64,000 bases of DNA from Octopus sinensis (Eukaryota), in NCBI RefSeq assembly GCF_006345805.1, contig NW_021836152.1:186001-250000 (forward strand), in the 5' to 3' direction. Both the position numbers and the translations under genes were made by a program. Below are positions 53,141 to 64,000 of the stretch, piece after piece. The stretch's first letter is position 1. Each line of letters starts with the position of its first letter. Below the pieces are notes generated by a model. That model was not told the origin of the DNA, made no database searches, and saw only the letters and a list, made by a program, of their open reading frames with translations.

Positions 53141-55974
53141 GCTGCTACACACCAGTAGATTGTCGGATCGACAAGCGATACAATTGTATCTATTTTCCGT
53201 GTGGTAAGTTGCCAAGACCAATGGGAATTCCACTTTTAATGTCAGCAGTTGATAGTTATTGGTCGTTATAACCAATGTGTTTGATCGCCAGCAACACATA
53301 TGTCTAGGGACAACATTTAACTTGATAGAGTCAACAAGTTGACCATCAAAAGTTAATATCTTAATGTTTTCATTTGTGCTGTCATATAAAGCAACCAGGT
53401 TATTTTCTGTAATAACCAAACAACCAATCTCCACTGGATGTTTATCTCCAAAACTTTGAGGGACAACAACTTCATGAGCTTTATCAGAAACTGTGATATC
53501 TTGTAGATACAATCTAGAAGACAACATTTCACTGAGACTGATGTTTCTAGAAAATACATCTACCAGATCGATGAACATGTTAATTTGGCTTCTTGTGACA
53601 TGATCTTTCACCAGCAAGTCATGCTCATTTACAGCAAACATGCGGCTGTTGTCTATCAAATGGACACACATTTTATCAATACGTCCACCATAGAGATTGG
53701 ATTGTGTTTTCGCTTGTGACAGTAAAATATTCGGTATCATCTCAATGCTATAAGGACCACCGCCATAACCACCATCACTATAGAGATTGGAGGGTGTTTT
53801 CCCTTGGGATGGTAAAACACTTCTTCTCCTCTTCCTGATGATCTTGTAGAAGAATACTGCTTTCTTACCAACAATCAATAGTTTTAGTGTTTCATTTTCT
53901 AACGATAATGATTTCATTACAAAAGGAATATTAATTCTATGAATTATTTGAACTTGATTACAATTTTTAATGTTTAAAATATCTAAATGCGATGGTTTAT
54001 CGCAATAACAAATAATATGACTTTCAACCAGCTTACACACCCGTACATAAGGCTGGTTTAATGCTACACTTATAACTGCCTTTGATACGTTTCCGAAGAC
54101 CCGTAATTGCTTCTCTAGAGGTAATGTGATGCCTATCTGATTATAATTCCATCGACATATATCTGTAGCTGTAGACGGCAGAGATAATCTAGACACAATG
54201 TTCCCTTCGTTGGAAATGTATAACAAACAATCATTATATATGTCGGACAACACCAACTGTCCATTTGCCAGATGACATATTTCACCAATGAGAACTTGGT
54301 CATTCTCCTTTCCTTCGAGTCGAATATTTAGATTTTTATTATAAGGATTTTGAAAGGTTACATGACAGTCTGACCAGTCATGGTACTTGTAAAGAAGAAT
54401 CCGACTGAGTAGATCGTCCAGCACATAAGCTGTTCCTTGGAAAACAGCAGCGTGACAGCGAAAGTTTGAAGGAAGTTTCAACTGCCATTTCCTTTGTCCA
54501 GTTATATTGTAACAAGTCATCAAAGACTCTCTCCTGAAGATAACATAGAAGTATAATTTGTCTGTGAAGACATGATGAGGATAGCAATTGAACTCAATGT
54601 GTTTCTTGGAAAGCTCCTCACCAAAGCTTGAATAGAATAACAAGTTACGTTTCTTTCTGTCTACAACTACAAAATTAATTGGAGTAGCAGCAATGGCGAC
54701 ATTGTCATGTTCCAATGAAATTCTGTTTACAATGTCGACATGATCCGTTTTAATCAATAAAATATGTACCTCCACTTTACCTTCATTGGTGGTCAGAGCC
54801 AAACACCTATTTGATACCATATGACACATTTGAACGTAATTGTTTTCGACGTCTATTAAATCACCTTCAGTTAGTTGTGGACAGGTAATATACTGAAGTT
54901 TCCTGTCCTCACTAAAAAGGACAAGAAATGTGGTCGAATCCACTCTACAGAAAACAGAAGGCTGGAGTTTAAAGGTTAAACATTTTCCACCAAACGGTTG
55001 CCCTTCTTCAGTAACTAATATAGCTTTTAGATCCCGATATATAATTACTACTGAAGAGGCTGACATAGGTAGAATCGTTGTAATGTTGGAGGGGTCATCA
55101 ATATGGATTTGGTTTATCAGGCTCGGGACATGGTCTTGGTGATGGTAAGACAGCCGAGGCCAAAAATCTTTATTTGTCCTAATAATATGTACAAGACCAA
55201 AACGGTCAGTCAAGTAAATATTATTTGTTCCCACACAAATATATCGAGCTTTTATCCAAATTTCTCTTTGGGATACAGCACCGTTTGCTGAAATCTTGTA
55301 AATTACATTTCCTTGCAGAGCGTAAGAATAATTTCGATATACGGTGAGGTCGGTTGGAATATCGATGGAATGGGTCCTCAACTGAAACAAGTGTCTGCCA
55401 TCTATTGTGTAACAGCTAATTCTATTTATATTAGCTAAGGCTATTAAGATATGATACTGTGCACCAACTGCTATGTTTCCAACAATTTCTTTCACACTAA
55501 ATTTTTCTTCAAATTTATTTTTATCCCAGTCTATGAGATATATTGTCTTACTAAACATTTCAGTCTCTACAAATGTAGAATGTTTGAAATAAGAAATTGT
55601 AAAGAAACTATAATCCAGAGATTTTATGTGGAAACTTGATGGATTAATGAAAACTATTTTCTTGTGGAATGGAATTGTGGCTAGAACGGTGTCTTCACCA
55701 ATTCTTGTCATGTCTGTGACATTAGAAGAACAATGAAAATCAAAATCACCGCCTGTTGTGGCACAACTTATTAACTTCAAATCTGGTGAATAGGTTACAG
55801 TTCCATTGCAGATTTCAACGATACTTGAAACTGTGACCAGGTTGTTGGAATCATTATCGGAGTCTGTGAGCTGCAATATTTTGGACACAGCTGGGCAAAG
55901 GGGACGGAATTTGGATGAATGCGACTTCATAATACTTTTACAGTCAAAACGTGGTATCTGCATGTAGTGATCAT
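51116..55974 (-). CDS. Giant terminal exon: about 1619 aa of tandem NHL/WD-like beta-propeller modules (mollusc TRIM-like C-terminal propeller family)
   Basis: 4.85-kb stop-free frame; acceptor ttattgttattcAG at 55976-55975, phase 1; repeated pattern e.g. EICHLANGQLVLSDIYNDCLLYISNEGNIVSRLSLPSTATDICRW..IGITLP, CLVITENNLVALYDSTNENIKILTFDGQLVDSIKLNVVPRHMC, DIDISDEGKTVVCE..NVKLFDDDGKLL..GVCF..ILVTLP. Confidence 0.85.
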
Positions 55975-56185
55975 CTGAATAACAATAACAACAGAAATAA
56001 AATTATATTAAATTTTCAAAAGACATGGATGGGTAATATTAATTTGTAACAGCAACTTCCTACGCAATTCGAGTCACAAAACAAATCAAATCTTCTCAAT
56101 TTAACGAAAACATTGCACAACATTCCTACCACACCATTTTCAAGACACTTTCCATTTCATTTATTGTAGATAAACACGGAAATAG

Positions 56186-56701
56186 CGACATCAGTGGGGT
56201 TACAAGCTGAAAACACTGATATACACCAGCGGAGTTTGTTACTGAAGAGCGATATCCGTGATGATCTGGCTATGTATACCTTGACCACTTCAATTGTGGT
56301 TAATACTAGAAGGTCTACACATGTACAACCACATACTGTACAATGAGGAAATAATTTATTGCATCCCGACTGCTACCACACTCCACCCCACAAAACAAAA
56401 CACTGTATTTTGTAAGTTAACTCTGTGATGTTTAACAAGATGAAAGAATGGAATATTTGACGGGTTAGATCTGGGTGTTTTTTACGGAGGCTGTGACCAG
56501 CTGCGTATTGTTATATATATGTGTGTGTGTGTGTATGTGAGTATTAAAGATGGCCTGAGTAGCTATTACACGACCTTCTAGTATTAACCACAATTGAAGT
56601 GGTCAAGGTATACATAGCCAGATCATCACGGATATCGCTCTTCAGTAACAAACACCGCTGGTGTATATCAGTGTTTTCAGCTTGTAACCCCACTGATGTC
56701 G
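56186..56701. repeat. 130-bp inverted repeat (arms 56186-56315 and 56572-56701, one mismatch)
   Basis: Direct reverse-complement comparison. Confidence 0.97.
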
Positions 56702-56827
56702 TAAGATTTATGATCTCTCTCTCTTTCTCTCTCTCTCACTTTCTCCCTCTCTCTTTATTTCTCTCTCTCTCTTTCTCTCTCTCTCTTTCTCTCTCTCTCT
56801 CTTCTCTCTCTCTCTTTCTCTCTCTTT

Positions 56828-56882
<55 letters not shown>

Positions 56883-58637
56883 GACCTCATGTTAGACGTT
56901 AAAAATTAGATTAGTCCCAACACCAATTCTATCAATGAATGAGGTAAATAAAATTCGAATAAACAAAACAGAAATTGCCTTTTACCGATTTAGAGAAAAC
57001 GAATAATTATTGATAATTTATAGTCAATAACTTTCTGCACTCCACTTCCTTATTGCTGGGCTAATTCTAAATGCTCTGATTTAAAATACCAATTAGTGTT
57101 TTACAAATATACAGATATATATGAAAATATTCACAGAAATATATAACCCTGTAACTACCCATGTGATCTTTTAGTAATTACTAGTATTTATGGCAATCCA
57201 GAAACCTGTAATTATCCATTATCTCAGTTGAGATTTGGTCAGTCTATCTCCTAATTTAACATGTATAACTTTGATGTATTTGCAAGTAATTAGCATCCAT
57301 CGCTACCTACCATCACTACCACTATCATCATTGAACGTCGGTTCCCCATTCTGGCTGGGTTTGTACGTTTTGTCAGGGGCTGGCTAGGGAGAAGAATGCA
57401 CCAGGCTTCACTGTCTGATTTGGCAGGATTTTACAGCTGGATACTCTTCCCAACACCAACAACCTTACAGTGGGATCTGGATCCACAAGCACTGGTGGGG
57501 GTCACCAAAGAACTTGTAAGACAAAAAGCCTTTGAGAGGGAGAGTATTGGAGGAGGAGGTGGTTGTGTGCCAGAGGATGACAGCTTCGACTGTGACAGAG
57601 GGATTGAAACAGGTGTTTTATAGTAGAAGACATACATGATTACCCAGTGAGAGGAGGAGGGCAAGAGAAACAGTGAGAGTGAGCAACCAAGGAATCTTAA
57701 TAAATAATTAAGCACTCTGGTACCTCACACACCGTTGTAACTCAGTCTCCATCATTTATTGTTGTCATCCTCCACCGCTCCTTCGAATCACTTTTTTTAT
57801 CCTTATTGTCTCGTATCTTTTAGTCTTTGCATTCCGATTCTTCTATAATCTCTTCTTCTCCCATCTTAAACATATCAGTGAACAAAGACATCATAGAGTA
57901 GTGAGGACTAACTTTCTAATAATTTGGAATGTGACACAACCTTACTAATGCTGGTGCTATGATCAAATGCTCCCACTACGCACTAGGAAGTGGTTGTTGG
58001 ATGAGAGTTGACAACGTAAGTTTGAGAGGGAGGTTTAATCTTGCCGAGGACATGGCAATCTCTTGTAGTGTTTGAGCCACAATTATATTCACCCAGGACC
58101 CTTTGAAAGTGGTTGGTGATAAGAAGGGTATACCACCATGAAAAAGCTGGAATGGTTAATTGAGAGGTAATCCTCAAGCAATCATTATGGGTAGTTTACT
58201 GTTAATAAGAAATGACATGGACAGTGACCACCCATCCAGTACATGGGAGCATAGAGAGCAGATGATAAAAGGGAGAGGATGATATCATTTACTGTATTGA
58301 AACTTGTAGATAGTGAAAGGGAGCGAGAAAGAGAGAGAGAGAAAGAAAGACACAGAGAGAGAGAGCTTGTCTGAGCTGCAAAGCAGCCTTCTACTTGAAT
58401 AAAGGCAATATTGAATAGATATAATGGTTGAATAGTGGACGTAATGACAGTGAAAAAACCAGGCTGTTCACTATTAGAACAAGTTTCACCATAACATCTG
58501 GTTAAGCAAAAGCGCCAACAACAATAATCAATCAGTAAGCTTACTAAAAATGTAAAATGAACAAACACTTTGTCATTAAATCACCTGTTTACCTTTAAAC
58601 AACAAAATCCTTTTAGTTCCTATTCTAAAGGACAATA

Positions 58638-58848
58638 TTATTTTCTACTCTAGGCACAAGGCCAGAATCCTTTGGCGACGGCGCCAGTCGATTAGATCGA
58701 CCCCAGTACGCAACTGGTACTCAATTTATCGACCCCGAAAGGATGAAAGGCAAAATCGACCTCGGTGGAATTTGAACTTAGGATGTAAAGACAGATGAAG
58801 TAACGCTAAGCATTTCGCCCGGCGTTCTAATGTTTCTGCCAGCTCGCC
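58638..58848 (-). mobile_element. Full-length tRNA-derived SINE with probable target-site duplication
   Basis: Same head as 33780; flanking direct repeats aaggacaatatta / aaagacaatatta. Confidence 0.8.
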
Positions 58849-59369
58849 ACCTTCCCAAAAGACAATATTAACTCTATTCTGTTTTCTAATTTAGCCATTT
58901 TGCCAACAGCGATAACCTTGGTGGACATTTTATTAAATTTCAATAATAACAATATTTTTAAAAAAATTGATGTGGTTACTTGACTGGGAACGAGAGGAGC
59001 TGCTGCTTGTTGTATACAAAGGGAGTGGAAGAGAGAGGGCGAGAGAGACTAAAGTGAGATGACTGATGGTACTTATTCTCCTTAAAGGGACAGAACCGCT
59101 TAAGGGTTTATATTTTATCTTTTGCATATTTCTCCTTATCTTGAGACGCCTATTTTTCTGAGTGGAAGAATATCTGATGCTTCCACTTTACTATAAAATC
59201 CATTTATTGGATATTCCTGTAGTTGTACAAGAATAGAAAAAAATGTGTAGCTAACCATTCGAAATAAATGTAGCAATAGGACTTGTTCTCAGTCATTCTG
59301 TCAAACAAAGTTGCTCGGATAATGGTAAAATTGATAGAAATCAATAAGGTATTGGTAATTTATACTCAC

Positions 59370-59420
59370 CAACTGGCTCCACCTCTGTTTGGACTTCATT
59401 GTCAACAAGCGTTAAAGTAA
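59370..59420 (-). CDS. 51-nt phase 1-1 exon (V)TLTLVDNEVQTEVEPV
   Basis: ttttgtttcAG / GTgagta; in frame with the giant exon. Confidence 0.7.
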
Positions 59421-60555
59421 CTGAAACAAAATTTTCTAAATTTTACACTTTACAGAAAAATGTCTTTATCTTAATAATCCAAATTTTGTTATTGTGTGAC
59501 ATTCTTGTCATTGCTGGTCAGATGGTGACCCGTACGGCTTGGGTCAACATTTTCATACTTTCTATAGGGATACCATGTAATAACTCAATATTCAGGTCCA
59601 CAAGTAAATAGACTAACCTTCATATATCTCCCTATTAAGACTTCCCACATAATCTAAGAATCACTCTATTAAGATATCTACATAATCTAATAATTATCTT
59701 ATATAATTATCACTTGATAACACTGATTATCTCTTAGCTTAATTTTCCCTTTCATCTATCGGAGCCCAATCTATGATATGGCATTGTTCTCTCACCTCCA
59801 GATTTCCCTAATGAATACCCAGGAAGAATGGGACGAAATGGTGAGTAATGATCTTGAAATGTTGAGCCTAACAGTCACTTGGCAGTTTGCTGTGCTTGAG
59901 AACAACCACCAAACTAAATAAAATCAAGGTCATAAGCGCATGTTTGTCCCCGAACAATGCCTCCCCCACACATGTCGCATTCTCCTCCATTCTCCCTCAT
60001 GTATCTACATGCACATATGATGCCCTACTGTTTCTCATCCCCAACCATATCCACCATTCCTCCTCCCTCTACTATCTTCCTTTCGCAAACTTATAAACTA
60101 ACCTTCCCTCACAGATCACTCTCTGTCGTATTTCACTATTTTCTCTATCGGCACATGAGGCAGCCATAGAAACAAAGGCAAAATAAACATTTATAGGCTG
60201 TTATTTTATACTTATCAACTGGCTCTGCTACTACCATCGTCTGCACTTATTTCCCTTCAAGCTTTAGATTCTCTGAAATAAATATTATTTACAGTAAAAT
60301 CTTTTTATCATTATCAATAATCTATATTCTGTTATTGTGAGAGATTCCTATCATCAAACGATCACTCAGGTTTCGTCAATATTTATATACTTTCAACAGT
60401 GGCCCCAACAAAATTGATTGGCATTCCTAAATCTCCGCTCTCAATTAAGACATCTTACATATCTCATTTACTTCTCACGTATCATCCTTAATAAAGTAGA
60501 TGAGGTAATGGCAAACTTGATAGAAATCAATAAGGTAATGTTGATTTATACTCAC

Positions 60556-60606
60556 CAACTGGCTCCACCTCTGTTTGAACTTCATTGTCAACAAGCATTG
60601 AAGAAA
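60556..60606 (-). CDS. 51-nt phase 1-1 exon (V)SSMLVDNEVQTEVEPV
   Basis: tctatttcAG / GTgagta; paralog of 59370-59420. Confidence 0.7.
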
Positions 60607-61328
60607 CTGAAATAGATATTCCTAAATTTTACACTTTACAGAAAAATGTCTTTATCTTAATTAATAATCAAAATTTTGTTATTCTGTGACATTCCAGTCA
60701 TTGATGGTCAACTGGTGACCAGTACGGCTTGGGTCAATATTTTCATACTTTGTACAGTGATACCATGTAATAGCTCAATATTCAGGCCCACAACTAAATA
60801 GACTAACCTAATATATCTCCCTATTAAAACATCTTACATAATCTAAGAATCACTCTATTAAGATATCTCCATAATCTAAAGTTATTGACATTCTTCTCCT
60901 CTTCTAATTCTGATGTCAATGAAGCTGGTCTCCAAACATTTAACCACAAACGCATGTCACAATACTTCAAGTAGGATTAATATACACCTGCTCTCTTTTT
61001 AAAAGGTTGCTGCTGGTAAACTTTAATCTTACACCCCCACATCAAAATTCATCAGAATAGCATCTGATTCCGGAAATATTTGAAGATATTTCAATGTCAT
61101 TAATCCTCCTTAATAAGCAGCTATTTTCAGGTGAGCAATGTTTGCTCCTAAGCAAGTGGAGCCGAAAGTGATATCAGGTATCCCAAAACACTTGTATAGA
61201 AACTCATTAACTACACACACACACACATATATACACAGACACGCACACAATCACACACACTCACATATATTTAGGTATGTGTGTATGTATATATGTATAT
61301 GTATGTAGATGTATATACATACATATAT

Positions 61329-61620
<292 letters not shown>

Positions 61621-62074
61621 TTATGAACGTACATTTACATATTACTGTAAAGGAATTATATCCGGAATAGTACTGACTCTCAAGAATATATAAGCAAGAC
61701 AGAGAAATAAATCAAACTGGAAGCGCCAAATTTATTTTGCATTATGTTTTGATTTTAACTCCATCACAGTGTGTGCCTTGATCCGATTGCCTCAAGACGT
61801 GTCTCTCAGCAAGCTACCATACCATTGTCTTCAAGATTTTGGCATGATTTCTCTTGCTATTTGTAACTTCACTTGTTTCTGCTGATCAGTTACAAACGAT
61901 AGACAGCACTACTTATTCGATTTAAACCACATTTTTTCCAAATAATGAGTTAATCCAGTCTAACCAGAATTATTTGCATATCCTTTTCATCTCTCCTTAG
62001 TACTATTAAGTAATCCATGAATGCCTCAGGTGAAGGTAAAATTGATAGAAATCAATTAGTTATTTTATACTCAC

Positions 62075-62146
62075 CAACTTGCTGTGATGCATCTTTTGAA
62101 GTAAATGCCTCTGTCTGGACTTGCTTGTTCTGAGACTTGGGAAACC
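62075..62146 (-). CDS. 72-nt phase 1-1 exon (G)FPKSQNKQVQTEAFTSKDASQQV
   Basis: tttatttcAG / GTgagta; donor-side intron homologous to the 51-nt exons. Confidence 0.68.
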
Positions 62147-62869
62147 CTGAAATAAATATTTCAAGGTTTTTAAATTTTATTATAAAATATTTTAAATCTA
62201 GATATTAATAATATATATTTTATTATTGTGGGAGTTTCTGATCATCAATGGGCAGCCTGTGTATGAACAGCTGTGTATGCTACATAGTAGTGAAATGTAT
62301 GTTGTGAACACAGAGGACGTGTAAAGTCTTGAACAAAATGGAACCAGCATGCTCCACTGGATGGTCACTGTCAGTGTGCAGGTATAAAATGCTGACATGT
62401 TTTACGATAAAAATCGAGAGTTATCACTTGTATGTAGTACGCAAGACAGACAACTCTGCTAGTATGACCATGGGATATGTATGAATAAGATCAGCTGTAT
62501 AAAGAGCACCGATCTGTAAATGTGGAGAGAACCTCAAGAAAAATGGAAGGAAGTGTTGAGAAATGAGCTTCAGATCTTGAACCTGAGAGTCAATCGGTAG
62601 AAAAGCGGGTATCTTTAAGAGACATATGTTCCTCAACCAATGGGGGTGGGTAGTATCTCTGAATATGAAGAGTCTTGGGTAGAGACCGCCCATCCAATGC
62701 ATTTTAGAAAGAAAATCAGACGATAAATGATGAGGATGTATTCGATTGTATTGTTATATGCAGCTAGTATTTATCTTGAAAGAGAAAGAGACAATGGTTT
62801 TCTCAGCAGCAAACCAAAGTCATTACTTCGATAAAGACAATGCTTAGTGGATGGAACGATAAATTTAAT

Positions 62870-63640
62870 GTTGTATCTAAGAAAAAACAACAGCGAAAAT
62901 AAAAGTTTTAAAACATTGTTAAAAGATATGAAGAGGTAATATTTTGTAACAGCAACATCCGACATAATTCGTGATATAACAACTCAAATCTTCCTAATTT
63001 AACTAAGATATTGCACACAGTTCCTACAACACCATTTCCAAAACACTTCCGTCCCATTAATTGTCGATAAACACAGAAATTGCTACACCAGTCGTCTCGC
63101 AAGCTGAAAACACTGATATACACCAGTGGAGCTTAGTACTATAGAGAGAAATCCGTGATTATCTGGCAATGTTTAACTTGACCATTACAAAAGTCGTTAA
63201 CACTAGAAGGAGTTCAGATGTACAATTACAAACTGTACGGTGGAGAGATATCATATTGTACCCTGACTGCTACCACAATCCAACCGTATACAACAAAACG
63301 AGGCATTTTAGCAGTTCCTTGTGTGATGATTAACAAAATGAAAGAATGGAATATCTGACGGGTTAGATCTGTATTTTTCACTGAGGCTATGACCAGCTCC
63401 TTCTGGTTATAGATCTATTAAAGGGCCGAGTAGAAATTAAACCTCATGTAGTAAGATTTCTCTCTCCGACACATAATAGACACAAAAAATTGAGATAAGC
63501 CCGCCCCAGCACCAATTTTATCAGAGAATGAAGTAAATAACTATCGAATAAACAAAACATAAACGACTTTTTACTATTTTAGATAAATCAATTAATTACT
63601 GCACACCAATTTCTAATTGCTGGACTAACTTCAAACAATC
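62870..63640. repeat. Diverged paralog of the intronic block 55975-57090
   Basis: Collinear matches (gtaacagcaac, gctgaaaacactgatatacaccag, gaaagaatggaatat.tgacgggttagatctg, gaataaacaaaaca). Confidence 0.85.
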
Positions 63641-64000
63641 TGACACCGCGACAGCAGGTATCCTGAAACATTGTACACTTGCACAAAACCTTATTAACTA
63701 CATTTAACTGGTCATCTACATACTATTGTATAAACATATCCGAAATGATACATAATAACTGACAATTAAGCATATATAAGCCTGACGCAAATATAGATCA
63801 AACTGGAAGCATTGAATCTGACGTTTGCCAGGAAGTTTCGAATACTCTCATTCTTTTAACCCATTCCCATGTTTTCGTTTTCATCTTAATGCCCTTACAA
63901 TTATTGGACAAAGAGGCAGCGGACCACTGTCCGAAACTTTTATAAGTTTTTCCCTAAACGTATGCATAGTTTCTCCTGCTACTTTGAACTTCACTTTGTT

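Noticed and set aside
56050-56480. Degenerate propeller-coding exon in the duplicated intronic block (YIARSSRISLF..NPTDVAI)
   Set aside because: Stops in all frames in both paralogs; resemblance too weak without a profile search

Overview
Eukaryotic, AT- and microsatellite-rich genomic DNA. It is probably a coleoid cephalopod (octopus-like), inferred from recalled SINE families and not verified. No prokaryotic features or CRISPR. Four zones. (1) 1-22 kb: a + strand array of 11 symmetric 117-nt phase-1 exons, each encoding one calcium-binding EGF domain. The introns are almost pure (TAA)n/(GAT)n, and their (TAA)n tracts hold nine sense-oriented pieces of three R4/Dong-type REL-endonuclease retrotransposon families, a CR1-like 3' end with a 43-bp minisatellite, and a 297-bp orphan element. 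(2) 22-39 kb: transposon remnants in (TA)n tracts (Penelope-like RT and GIY-YIG fragments, a complete but frameshifted mariner, Gypsy LTR pieces, a near full-length RTE LINE). This zone also carries type I hammerhead-ribozyme motifs: three with intact cores, three variant, one half and one degenerate. (3) 39-50 kb: purine/pyrimidine tracts, hAT and RTE remnants, SINEs and possible promoter-like sequence. (4) 51-64 kb: a - strand gene with a 4.86-kb terminal exon (about six beta-propeller modules, poly-Ser insert), preceded by three phase-1 micro-exons each encoding a VQTE motif, with a 130-bp near-perfect inverted repeat just upstream of the giant exon's acceptor. All coordinates and alignments were read by eye; no database searches were run.
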